This document shows positions 20,329-31,399 of a DNA stretch of 38,096 bases, one piece after another. Under the pieces are notes generated by a model, which did not search any database, had not been told where the DNA came from, and saw only the letters and a list, made by a program, of their open reading frames with translations. A program made the translations under genes and the position numbers. The stretch comes from Octopus bimaculoides (taxonomy: Eukaryota): assembly GCF_001194135.2 (NCBI RefSeq), contig NC_069007.1, forward strand, positions 10,091,415 to 10,129,510, written 5' to 3'. The stretch's first letter is position 1. Each line of letters opens with the position of its first letter.

Positions 20329-20740
20329 TTACTCAGAGTTGACACCCCCAGCTTCCACCATGGCTTCAAGATGGTTCCAGAACCCAGCACATGCAATCCT
20401 CAATGTGTCCCTGAGAAGATCTTTGAAAACCTTCTTGGTCTTGGCCACTAACTCAGCCTTGCTGTTGCAAGCAGAGCAGTTGGTTTCTTTCTCAACCACA
20501 ACCCACACATGGTAACTCAGCGGATTACAATCCGATGGGAATTAGGAAGACAGAAATTGGGGGGCTGGTGAAGTGGAAGATATTCTCTGAGAACCTCTTC
20601 TGACTCTTTTCCAAAGGTATGGCAAGGAACTAAATCCTGCCACCACACATATGGCCTAGCTGCAACCCTCTCCTGCCAGGGATTCACCAGTCTCCAGCAG
20701 CTTTACCTAAAAAATCTGAATTGAGCCTAAGGCCCTTCCC
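20329..20740 (-). mobile_element. Decayed Tc1/mariner-superfamily transposase C-terminal half (maT/DD37D-like)
   Basis: Minus-strand conceptual translation through several frameshifts: RPYVWWQDLVPCHT..KSQKRFSENIFHFTSPNFCLPNS.DCNPLSYHVWVVVEKETN...RIACAGFWNHLEAMVEAGGVNSE*. This matches the maT-type QQDSAPCH...WPPNSPDLNPLDY..W pattern. Confidence 0.75.
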
Positions 20741-20900
20741 ACATGCATTACTGTCAGAATACCCGCTGTGGCCCTGCTTGCGCTCAACTTCATAACCTCC
20801 ATTGCTGCTGTCCATGTCACATCTCACAGAATTTACAGTGTTCACAGATCATTGAACAGCATTTTGATACCCAACACGAATCATTTAATTCAAAATGGAA

Positions 20901-21840
20901 TTAGACTAGCTGAAATGTAGTTTGGTTTTGTTACAGGGAAGAGTGCTACAGATGCCATGTTCCTAGTGAGACAGCTGCAGAAGTATCAAGCCAAAAGTTA
21001 AAAAAATTGCACTTAGCATTCATTGACCTCAAGAAAGCCTTCAACAGAATCTTTTGCTCTGTTATCTGGTGGTCTCTAAGGAGGTTAATAGACAAATGAC
21101 TTGTTAGAGCTGTACAAGCCATGAACAGGGCAATGTCAGTAGGGTGAGGGTCAGCTATGAGTACAGTGATGAATTCAGTGTTCAAGGAGTTCATCAGGGC
21201 TTGGTTCTCAATCCTTTCTCATTCAGGTCAGTAGTTCCCAAAGTGGGCAGTATTGCACCCCTGGGGGAGGTGGAAATTTCCATGAGGGCATTGAAGAAAA
21301 GTGGGTAATAATGGGGGTAGCAATTTGTGTAAAAAGTGGGGCAATTCATGTAAAAATTAAAATAATGAGTTCATTAAGTTAAGTTTTATTTGTGAAATAC
21401 AGTTGTTTTGAATTTGCTTCAGAAAGAGGTCCTTGTTTGTGACAGTTAATTGGGCTGGAGGCACTAAGAATATAGCCTGGGTGTCAAGGGGTCAGCAGCC
21501 CAAAAAACTTTGGGAACCACTGCTCTAGGTCATTGCAAAGGAATTTAAGACTAGTTATTCCAGGATAGATGATCATGTTCTCATAGCAGAATCTGTGACA
21601 GAAAAGAAATTCTAGGTGTGGATGCAGGACCTGAATTCAAAGGACTTAAAGTCAACATAGGAAAGACCGAAGACCTAGAAAACAGGAAAAAATATGTAGG
21701 ACTCTACCTCCATCAGATAAATGGCCCTTCTCAACATGCAGGAAAGGTGTAGGCAGAAATTCTATACTGTGTACCCAGTGCAAACTATGGACACAAGAGG
21801 GACAATGGAATCATATGAAAGTTAATGGAGAGTGTAGTGT
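20901..21840 (+). mobile_element. Decayed RTE-clade LINE reverse transcriptase, interrupted by a MITE
   Basis: Translates FGFVTGKSATDAMFLVRQLQ..., LAFIDLKKAF, GVHQGLVL.P, then after the MITE a broken YADD region (IDDHVLIAES), GLKVNIGKT and a Cys-rich KWPFSTCRKGVGRNSILCTQCKLWTHKR. Multiple stops and frameshifts. Confidence 0.85.
21229..21522. mobile_element. hAT (Charlie-like) MITE, 294 bp, nested in the RTE relic
   Basis: TIRs CAGTAGTTCCCAAAGT / ACTTTGGGAACCACTG. Flanking 8-mers ATTCAGGT and CTCTAGGT form a degenerate 8-bp TSD. Confidence 0.8.
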
Positions 21841-22109
21841 TTTAATAAGAAATGAAAAGCAGTACTGGTGTTGTAAACACTGTGAACCACACATGCTCAA
21901 TGTGTTTTGTTTGTTTGCCAGTTGGCTGTGGTATAGTATTTGGGGGACAACTCCCTCATAGCGCTGGTTGTTAAAACACCTGAAAATCTCTCTCTCTCTC
22001 GTCTGCTACATCCCATTCATCACTACAAAATTCTGTCGGAGGTGAGTCATCTCACCTGTCTATGACTTCCAGGTGTTTTAACACACACCATGATGAGAGA
22101 ATCATCTCC

Positions 22110-22640
22110 CCAAGTGCTTTCTCTCTCTATCACTTCCTCTCTCTCTCTCTTCCCCTCTCTCTCTTCTCTCCTCTCTCTTCCCCTCTTTGTCTCCCCATCT
22201 CTCTCTCTTCTCTTTGTTTCCCCATCTCTTTCTCTTTTTCTCCTCTTTCTCATTCTCCCTCTTCCCATCTTTGTCTCCCCATCTCTCTCTATCTCTTCCT
22301 CTCTCTCTATTTCTCTCTCCTCTCTCTTCCCCTCTTTGTCTCCCCATCTCTCTCCTGCTACACCCCATTCTTATCTATTATCATTCCTCAATGCCTTCTC
22401 ATTTCTGCCATCATGCCCCTCTCACTGTTGCTCCCTTTTATCCCTTTTATATCCCAACATCTCTCTCTCTACCACCCCTACACCTTGCCCATCATCCTGC
22501 TACTCCCTGACCTACTCTCCTCTCTGAACCATTCCCTATATCTCCCACCCTGCCCCCTCAACTGCACCTCCACCTTTGTTCATCACTCACAATATTTACC
22601 TCCACCTCCATCTGTTACTCCCCCTCACACCCTATGAAAG
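22110..22640. repeat. Polypyrimidine/polypurine low-complexity tract with (CT)n and repeated CTCTTCCCCTCTTTGTCTCCCCATCT units
   Basis: Direct reading. Units occur near 22172, 22261 and 22322; the tract continues as C-rich sequence to about 22640. Confidence 0.9.
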
Positions 22641-23460
22641 CATCCACTCTTCTCTCTCATTAGAGAACAGCAGACATCATCAATTTATGTTTAAAAAATT
22701 TCTTAATTGTACGGCCATCAATAACCGATGTCCGTGTGTCTAATTCGTTAAAGTGACCCTTTAAGTAAACGAAAATGGCTCTTATCAAAGGGAGAGATAA
22801 AATCGCAAATTGGAGATTTATACAGCGAAATTTTTTTCTGATTTTCCTTCATCATCAGATGGGGTTGATGTTGGTGATGGTGACGTTCTAGATGGCATAG
22901 AAAAAAAGTGATGCTTCAACTATTTCTGGATAGAAAAACTGTCCCGGTTAAAACTGTCCCGGTTTTTCTTCATTTGCAAATTGGTTTCACAAAAACAATA
23001 CGTGAGAATCTCAAATGAATTTATGCTCCTGCTGCATGTAAAGGTGAATATTTTACGACACTTTTGGAGAATGACATTGTAAATTTTATGGTGCGAGAGA
23101 CTAACAATTAGTTTTTGTATTTGTTGAAAGAGAAAATAAATATTAAAAGAATTTCCCTTAAGAAAAAGATTTAAAAATTTTTTTCGCTTATTTGACATTC
23201 CTGCCGTTTAAGGTTGAGTTTCAAAGTAGAGTTATTTCCCCTGTCCGCTAATTGCTAAATCCAATTTATTCTGTTATTTCCTGCTTTTGTTTCATACACA
23301 TCTGCATTACTTGATCAGTTCCACTTTACAACTGACATTTAATAGGATCCAATTAAATTTACATGATTGGTAATTAACAGTGTAAAATAATAGGTTCAGC
23401 ATTCTTTATTATGTTGAACTGAAAAATATAAATCAACGTTTGTTGACTCTTTTGAAGCTG

Positions 23461-23544
23461 TCATTGTCCACTCTGACGTAATGTCTGACAACTTCAACAT
23501 ATCGTCACATTTTCTGCGTCGAATCTCTCTCTACAGATGTAAGT
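23461..23544 (+). promoter_or_regulatory. Candidate non-coding upstream exon end / 5' splice donor for ZF2
   Basis: Locally CpG-richer segment with TGACGTAA (CRE-like, 23474) and CAGAT|GTAAGT donor at 23538/23539, upstream of the strong acceptor at 25322. Pairing of the two sites is inferred. Confidence 0.35.
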
Positions 23545-24554
23545 ACTACATTTATATAAACATATTTATTGTATACGTGTTGTTTTACGTATATCTGTTT
23601 GGGTTAATCTTTCTTTCTATAATATTTGGAATTTGAAAGGACGAACTCGGCAAAAATCAACGCCATAACTTTCACAAGTATGTCTCTAACCGCCACCGAT
23701 TTGTTTCCTTATAATCTCCAGAAAAATTGATATGTTTTTAAATGAAATACAATTACCTTTTAGATGATGTACATTACGATTATATCGGAATTTGATGTAT
23801 AAAAGATTACATACTGGCATACATCACATAATTTTATTTCAGTGTGGGACCGTGAAGTAGTGACGAGTTCAAATATGCTGTGGCATGGATTCGAACCCAT
23901 GTCACAAGCATATTTGAACTTGTAATAACATTGAATTTTATTTCAAATTTTATTTTCTAGATATTGGTGGGGTGGGGCGCAATGAGGAATTTTTACTACA
24001 TCTTTGACTTTGAGAAAACAAATGTTTTTTTTACAAATGTTTTCTACCTTATAAAAACTATAAATGCATTTAAAATACTGTAACATATTCAGAACACTAT
24101 TTCAGAAAATTATCACCGTACCCTTTGAGCATGTAAAAGACAAATTTAGGTGGAACAAAATGAGTAAGACAAGGTAAATTTTGCCTCTTTGACACTCCGA
24201 AATTATAGCTTCTTTATCGTCTGCTGCAGTGGCTCTCTTCGTGATATATTTACACACCATGCAGTTTAAAGAGAAGAAATTACTGAAATTAGTCATTACA
24301 CATTTTGCTGCATTTGAAAATTATCAAATTAGACATTAGTGTGGGGAAAAAAATTGACTTGGTTATTTGGTTAGTTGATATGGTTTCCATAAGGTTGTGA
24401 ATGTTTGTAAAAAGTATACTTCTCGAAAAAGTAAAAAAATCAGTGAATCTTACTCAGTGTACCCCCACCCCATATATATATATATATATCATAAGGGTGT
24501 GTTATAATACTATTCCACATGTGCAAAAACAGCCATACCAACAATCCAACATAC

Positions 24555-24662
24555 CTCCCAAGGCTAAAGTAGAAGACACTTGCTCAAGGTGCCACACAGT
24601 GGGATTGAACCCAGAACCATGTAGTTGGGAAACAAGCTTCTTACTACACAGCCACACCTGCA
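24555..24662 (-). mobile_element. SINE family A, 5' part
   Basis: GTAGAAGACACTTGCTCAAGGTGCCACACAGTGGGATTGAACCCAGAACCATGT...TACTACACAGCCACACCTG. Confidence 0.8.
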
Positions 24663-25290
24663 TCTATTTATAGAAAATTTCTTTAAAACATATTCATTGT
24701 TTTCTGAAAGTTATATAGAAACAAATGAGCTTTGTAGAAAATGAAGGAGTGTATGTTTTCGATTAAAAAAGAACTTTGTTTATCTTTGTTTTGAAAAATA
24801 AAAGATGTATAAAAAGACCGCATGATTTGTGGGATGACCCAAGGAAATACAAATTTCAATGACATTTTCTGTATCTAAATATGTTAATACAACAGAGACA
24901 ATCATCAGCTTTGCATGGTGAATTCTACATTTACATGATCTTCTCTATCCGTATTCTTGTTGTCTAATACTCTGAATTTCTCAGAATTCCTCTAAATGAT
25001 ATTTGGATCTACTCATCATTCATAAAGGATTACCTTGGATGTATAGTCTACTTGCATTTATTGGTGTCTGATTGTTGGATATTGTTAACCAGATTCATTT
25101 AAAACTGAGTACTTTATTGATATCAGCCTCAAAAGGGACATCTATATACACACACATCTTTAAATCAGGGAAATGGGAATATATCTTAGCCACATTCATT
25201 TGTTCAGGTGCAAGTTTACATCTCTACAGTGTATCAATATTGAAATATAGTAAAATTTCCACAATTCAGTCTCATCTTCTTAATTATCCT

Positions 25291-25744
25291 CTATGTCTTA
25301 TTCTGTTTCTCTATTATTTCAGAACATCGGATGACATTGGACTTCAGATGTATAGTCACTTTCAACATTTCAATGTTAAGGGGAAATATTCTACAGAACA
25401 GATATAACCCTCTTTATATAAATCTATGGTGAATTATTGTGAAATATTTCTTCTGAACAAGGATTACTAGAGAAGTTTCTCTGCTTCACTGCGTGGAATG
25501 TGTTCAAGATGATTCTGAATTTTAATTAAGCTGGGACAAATTTACACATAGGAATTCACAGCATCTTTAGATAGCAACAGATTTTACAATTGAGAGAAAT
25601 ACAACAAAGGAAAATTTTGTTATGACTAAAATATACAAATAAGACAAATATCCATCTTATGTGGTGAACGGAGAAAAATTACATGAAACTAAAATTTGTA
25701 AGAAAATAAAAGACTGAATTTTTTTTTTTTTTTTTGCTGAAGTA
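25291..25744 (+). promoter_or_regulatory. Splice acceptor and uORF-containing leader of ZF2 with decayed N-terminal domain
   Basis: TATTATTTCAG|AACATCGGATG acceptor (25322/25323); uORF 25331-25432; relic ATG at 25426. Homologous to 32611-33014 on the minus strand. Confidence 0.7.
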
Positions 25745-27124
25745 ATGTCAAAATTGGTAGGAAAATCTTCATATAATTGCAATGTCTGTAAAAAATCATT
25801 CTCCCAAAAACATGGTCTTACTGAACACAAGCGAATTCATACAGGAGAAAAACCATTTTATTGTGGTATCTGTGGTAAATCATTTTCAAAAAACGATCAC
25901 CTTACTAAACATATACGCATCCATACAGGGGACAAACCATATCACTGTGATATCTGTGGTAGATCATTTTCTTGTACAAGTAGCTTAACTAGTCACAAAC
26001 GTACTCATACAGGAGACAAACCATATCACTGTGATATCTGTGGAAAATCATTCTCTGAAGGAAGTGCTGTCACTATACATAAACGCATTCATACAGGAGA
26101 GAAACCATATCGCTGTGACGTCTGTGGTAAATCCTTTTCTCAAGGAAACCATTTAACTACACACAAGTATATTCATACTGGGAAGAAACCATATCACTGT
26201 GATATCTGTGGTAAATCATTTTCTCATAAAGTTGTTCTACAAACACATAAGTTTATTCATACAGGAGAAAAACCATATCAGTGCAGTATCTGTGGCAAAT
26301 CCTTCTCTCTTATGAATCACTTGACTAATCACAAACAGATTCATACTGAGGGGAACCCTTGTGCCTGTGACATCTGTGGTAAATCATTCTCTCAAATAAA
26401 TCACTTAACTAAACACAAATACATTCACACAGGAGACAAACCATATCACTGTGATATCTGTAATAGATCATTTTCTTTAAATCGTTACTTAACTAGGCAC
26501 AAGTTTACTCATACTGGAGAAAAGCCATACATCTGTAATATCTGTGGTAAGTCATTCTCTCATACAAGCAGCTTAACTAAACACAAAATTATTCATACAG
26601 GAGAAAAGCCATATCCTTGTGATATTTGTGGTGTGTCATTCTCTCATATGACTAGCTTAACTAACCACAAACGGATTCATACAGGAGAGAAGCCATTTCA
26701 CTGTGATATCTGTGGTAAATCATTTGCTCAAGGAGGTAGCTTAGCTCAACACAAATGCATTCATACAGGAGAAAAACCATATTACTGTGATATCTGTGGC
26801 AAGTCGTTCTTTCGACAACATTACTTAACTGTACACAAGTATATTCATACAGGAGAGAAACCATACCACTGTGATATCTGTGGTAAATCATTCTCTTATA
26901 AAGGTAACTTAACTCAACACAATCGTATTCATACAGGAGAGAAACCATATCGCTGTGATATCTGTGGTAAATCGTTCTCTCATACAAGTACCTTAACTCA
27001 ACATCAACACATTCATACAGGAGAGAAACAACATTGCTGTGATATTTGTGGCAAGTCATTCTCTGTTGTGGGTAGCTTAACTAAACATAAGCGAATTCAC
27101 AGAAGAAAAACCATTCCATTGTGA
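25745..27124 (+). CDS. C2H2 zinc-finger protein ZF2, 459 aa, 16 tandem fingers
   Basis: Uninterrupted ORF of 28-aa C2H2 units with TGEKP linkers. It ends via a frameshift in the last linker (RRKTIPL*). AATAAA at 27513. Confidence 0.93.
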   Translation: MSKLVGKSSYNCNVCKKSFSQKHGLTEHKRIHTGEKPFYCGICGKSFSKNDHLTKHIRIHTGDKPYHCDICGRSFSCTSSLTSHKRTHTGDKPYHCDICGKSFSEGSAVTIHKRIHTGEKPYRCDVCGKSFSQGNHLTTHKYIHTGKKPYHCDICGKSFSHKVVLQTHKFIHTGEKPYQCSICGKSFSLMNHLTNHKQIHTEGNPCACDICGKSFSQINHLTKHKYIHTGDKPYHCDICNRSFSLNRYLTRHKFTHTGEKPYICNICGKSFSHTSSLTKHKIIHTGEKPYPCDICGVSFSHMTSLTNHKRIHTGEKPFHCDICGKSFAQGGSLAQHKCIHTGEKPYYCDICGKSFFRQHYLTVHKYIHTGEKPYHCDICGKSFSYKGNLTQHNRIHTGEKPYRCDICGKSFSHTSTLTQHQHIHTGEKQHCCDICGKSFSVVGSLTKHKRIHRRKTIPL

Positions 27125-27434
27125 TATCTGTAAGAAATCATTCTCTCACACAGACAGCTTAACTATACACAAATATATTCATACTAGAGTAAAATCATGT
27201 CCTTGTGATATCTATGAGAAATCATTCTATGTAGAAAGTAAAATAACTAGACACAAATATATTCATACAGGAGAGAAACCATATCACTAAAATATCCATA
27301 GTAAATCATTTTCTCAGACAGGTCACTTAATCTTCCACAAAACCACCACTAGCTCTAATATCTGTGATGAATCTTTCTCTCAAAAAAGTCACTTAATTAC
27401 ATATACATGTACCTGCACAGGACAAAAGATGTAA
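27111..27434 (+). pseudogene. Out-of-frame fossil zinc fingers in the ZF2 3' UTR
   Basis: Shifted frame reads [24 protein letters not shown] (intact), [51 protein letters not shown], and a fourth more decayed unit. Confidence 0.9.
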
Positions 27435-29213
27435 CTGTGTGGTAATAATCTTCTTTATGTAACCACAACTAATATGTAAAGTGTTGAAATTATTTGCTAT
27501 AGTGATATTTTCAATAAAAGTATTCTTTCAAAATATTCATGTGTTCTGAATATTTATATACAAGTAGGCTGGGGATTATTATTATTGATTTTAATGGTTA
27601 AGCTGGCAGAATTGTTAGCATGCCAAGCAAAATGCTTTGTGGCATTTCGTCTTGTTTTACAATCTGAGTTCAAATTCTGCTGAGGCTGACTTTGCCTTTT
27701 ACAAATCCATTCTGGGATCATCACCTCTCCAACAAGGTTTCATCATTCTTTTTCAGCCTTGTCCAATGGCTGGTCCTCCCAGTGACATTCGACTGGAAGT
27801 GATTGGCCACCCTGTAGATATAGTAGAATAGACTTGTCCTAGGTCCCACACATTGAGATTCAACCTGAGTAAGTTCCTTGCCATACAACCACACCTATTA
27901 TATTGTGGAACAAAATAAAGTTTTCTTTTTTGTCTTTGGTTAGTAAGTGTTTTTCCTATATGCTTCTCTCTATAAATCAAAGGAAATGACTACTGCTCCC
28001 TTCAAATACTGCTTTTATCACCTGGACATCAATGTTTTGAAACTGACCTATTGAGTTGCTGCAGCAGAATATCGTTATAACAAATATTTTGCACAATACC
28101 ACAGATTTGCTTGACCATAACTACTTGAGCATGTCCCTTAGTGGCCAACAATCTGTGCATCTTTGATTGTGGGCAGGAGAAATAGTAGGACAGCATCATA
28201 GTAATGTGTTGAGAGAGATTATTTGGGTTTTGAATAAATATCATAAGAAAAGCAAAGTTTGAAGGAGATATTAGCCATTTTTCATGCTTTCTAGGGTTCA
28301 GCAAATAGGAAAAAAACAGCTGCTACCCAAGGACAAAAATTGTGTTAGTGTTATTTATACCCTCTCTTGAACATCATCGGATACCTGAGATAGAACACTA
28401 CCAAAGTCAAAAACGCCTGGCCAGAGGTCGAGCCCAACCAAAAGCCTCAAATGCCACAATGTTGAAAAATATAATATTCCAACTGTTGTAGTGGAAATGG
28501 TCCACCCCTCCCATGGGACAAGTGGTATGACCCAACAACTATAAAGTGAGATGATGTCAACTAGTACAGAGAGTTGTGTATCAGCCGTTGTACGAGTTCT
28601 CAGCTGGAGGTAAGTGTCAGTTACGTGTTATAGTCGAGTTCAAGCCACAGTCAAGGTAGACAGTTCAAAGTCTGTGTCTTGCAGAGCTATCAGCGATAGC
28701 ACAATAGGTGAAGTGGCATATTACCATTCTGGTATAGAAGAGATAAACTATCCAATACCAAGAAAATATTGTGGCTACTAGAGTAGATACAAGTGGCCAC
28801 ATATTATATATCTGTGGAAAACACATCATAACATCAACAAATTAGGTTATTTTAGTATCTTATTCGATTCAGCTATGAATGTAGTAATACCAGTAATACT
28901 CACCGCCATCACAGCCACAGAGTTATTGATGTGTGATGGAGAAAAATTGTTATTAACAGTGACATCCCATAAGAAGCATCTGTCTCTAGTCCCTGGGCAA
29001 ATAGTGAGTCTGTCAGGTATCAAACAGTAAAACTAATTCTACAAATCTCTAGAATTTTTTTCGGTACCAATATGAGAAGTGACACTGGTTTGAAACGGTT
29101 GTGTAAACTACATAAATTCTTCCCTGAAATTCTTGTTCAGGGTTTTGGTATCTGCAGTGATGATATGGGTACAGTAACAAAAAAGTTTTTGAAGACAAAA
29201 AACTACAACACTT

Positions 29214-29345
29214 TTATGTGTCACCCGCATGAAGGCCAGTCAGGCGGTACTGGCAACGGCCACGCTCATCTCGCTCGAGAAACCTCATGTGTCACCCGCA
29301 CAAGAGCCAGTCCAGGGGCACCAGCAACGATCCCGCTCGAAAATC
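29214..29345. repeat. Two orphan copies of the ~66-bp unit seen at 11193-11480
   Basis: ATGTGTCACCCGCATGAAGGCCAGTCAGGCGGTACTGGCAACGGCCACGCTC and ATGTGTCACCCGCACAAGAGCCAGTCCAGGGGCACCAGCAACGATCCCGCTCG. Confidence 0.85.
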
Positions 29346-29614
29346 CCATAATGAGAATCCTAAAGAAAATAATCAGTAAATTAGTTACTAAGGAATATAT
29401 TCCATTTATATAAGATTGTTATTCTTAGAGGAATAAATATTGCTGTTTAAAAAATAAGATAATTACAATATGGTTAAGATAACCTAAGATCTAAAAAAAA
29501 AATAATCAAAATTAATTTTAATTAAAAGGTAATAGAAAGATAATTAAGTAATTAAAATAATATATCATCAAATAATTTCATTGTAGAGGTCTAGGACTTA
29601 GTAATAATGGTTTT

Positions 29615-29775
29615 AGATTTTGGCACAGGGTCAGCAGTTTTTGAGGGGAGAGAAGGAACTGATTACATTGACCCCAGTACTTGACCCTGAATGGATGAAA
29701 GGCAAAGTTGACCTCGGCAGAATTTGAACTGAGAATATGAATGAGACAGGTGGAATGCTGCTAAGGATTTTCTCT
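29615..29775 (-). mobile_element. SINE family B, degenerate
   Basis: GATTACATTGACCCCAGTAC...GGATGAAAGGCAAAGTTGACCTCGGCAGAATTTGAACTGAG. Confidence 0.75.
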
Positions 29776-30082
29776 GGTTCTTCAAGTGTTGCAGATTATC
29801 AAATCATTAGCATTACAGAGCTCCAGCAGCATTGTTCCTTCCCCATTCCAGAGTGCTGCCTGATTTGTCCATTGAGGTAATCAGCCATAAAGTAATTGTC
29901 ATGTATCATCAAGGAAATCTACAAAAGGGCCTTGATAAATTGGTGCCCCTGTTCATCTGCCAGTCCAGACTGCAGGGTACAAGCAGAGAGATATTGTCGT
30001 CAAATTAATCAAGATCAGTCTAAGCTTGATTATTCTGTCCCACATCAACTATCTCAATCACTTTATATACCAATTTTTCTTA

Positions 30083-30417
30083 CTTCTTTATTGCCCACAA
30101 GGGGCTAAACAAGGACAGATAGAGGGATTAAGTCGATTACATCGACCCCAGTGCATAACTGGTACTTAATTTATCGACCCTGAAAGGATGAAAGGCAAAG
30201 TCGACCTCGAAGGAATTTGAACTCAGTACGTAAAGACAGACGAAATACCGCTAAGCATTTCACCCGGCGTGCTAACGTTTCTTATTTCTTTATTGCCCAC
30301 AAGGGGCTAAACATAGAGGGGACAAACAAGGACAAAGGGATTAAGCCGATTACATCAACCCCAGTGCGCAACTGGTACTTAATTTATCGACCCTGAAAGG
30401 ATGAAAGGCAAAGTCGA
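30083..30417 (-). mobile_element. Two head-to-tail young SINE family B copies (second truncated by gap)
   Basis: TTCTTTATTGCCCACAAGGGGCTAAAC...ACTGGTACTTAATTTATCGACCCTGAAAGGATGAAAGGCAAAGTCGA occurs twice (30083, 30287), nearly identical. Confidence 0.9.
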
Positions 30418-30689
30418 NNNNNNNNNNNNNNNNNNNNNNNNNNNNNNNNNNNNNNNNNNNNNNNNNNNNNNNNNNNNNNNNNNNNNNNNNNNNNNNNNNN
30501 NNNNNNNNNNNNNNNNNNNNNNNNNNNNNNNNNNNNNNNNNNNNNNNNNNNNNNNNNNNNNNNNNNNNNNNNNNNNNNNNNNNNNNNNNNNNNNNNNNNN
30601 NNNNNNNNNNNNNNNNNNNNNNNNNNNNNNNNNNNNNNNNNNNNNNNNNNNNNNNNNNNNNNNNNNNNNNNNNNNNNNNNNNNNNNNNN
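30418..30689. other. Assembly gap (N run)
   Basis: N characters. Confidence 1.
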
Positions 30690-31019
30690 ACGATGAAATA
30701 TTTTCTTTCGTGTTTTGTACAATTGTTTGAAATGTTAAAAAGTGATGTTCTCATTTTTCAATGGCAATACATTTCTCAGCTTTTTATCTGCAATAAAATT
30801 TTCCTCCTGAAAATATATTACACAGAATCATGTTTGTTCATTATTCTGACATCCATTTTTCTATACTTTGCATGGATCAGATGGAGTTTTGATGAAGATT
30901 CTCTACAGCAGAATGCCTTTCTTGTGGTCATTCCTCACTTGTTCCCAAGTAATATTTCCTCATGGCCAGACATTTGGAAATAAATAACACTGCTTGTGTG
31001 AGGGTAATATCAAGACAAG

Positions 31020-31205
31020 GGTACACACAAACACACACATGCACATATATATGATGAGATTCTTCCAGTTTCCATCTACCAAATCCACTCACAAGGCTTT
31101 GGTCAGGCTGAGACCAGAAAACAAAAAATCACTTGCCCAAAGTACTGTACAGTGGGACTGAACTTGAGACCACATGGTTAGCAAGCAAGCTTCACAACCA
31201 CACAG
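31020..31205 (-). mobile_element. SINE family A, 5' half
   Basis: CCAGTTTCCATCTACCAAATCCACTCACAAGGCTTTGGTC...CCACATGGTTAGCAAGCAAGCTTCACAACCACACAG. Confidence 0.8.
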
Positions 31206-31399
31206 ACTATACATTAGATGAACATATATAAATAATCTGCAAGAATGATTTATTAAAAATATCAGTTATAATTTATTGCATTAAAGTGGACATAGATATG
31301 GTTATACAGTGTCTGAAGATAGCTATATCTTCTTTGTCTAACAGATACACCGATGGTTATATAACATTAGATTTACGGAAAGATTTTTGACATTATGTG

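Noticed and set aside
22047-22637. Several long ORFs rich in Leu/Ser/Pro or Arg/Glu/Gly
   Set aside because: Artefacts of the CT/GA low-complexity tract.
22935-22965. Duplicated AAAACTGTCCCGGTT motif resembling DNA-transposon subterminal repeats
   Set aside because: No partner terminus or TSD was identified, and it is too short to call.
25452-25456. Apparent shared frameshift position in the ZF2 and ZF3 relic N-terminal domains
   Set aside because: On recount, the ATG-to-WNV distances are 68 and 64 nt with different net phase, so a single shared ancestral frameshift is not supported.
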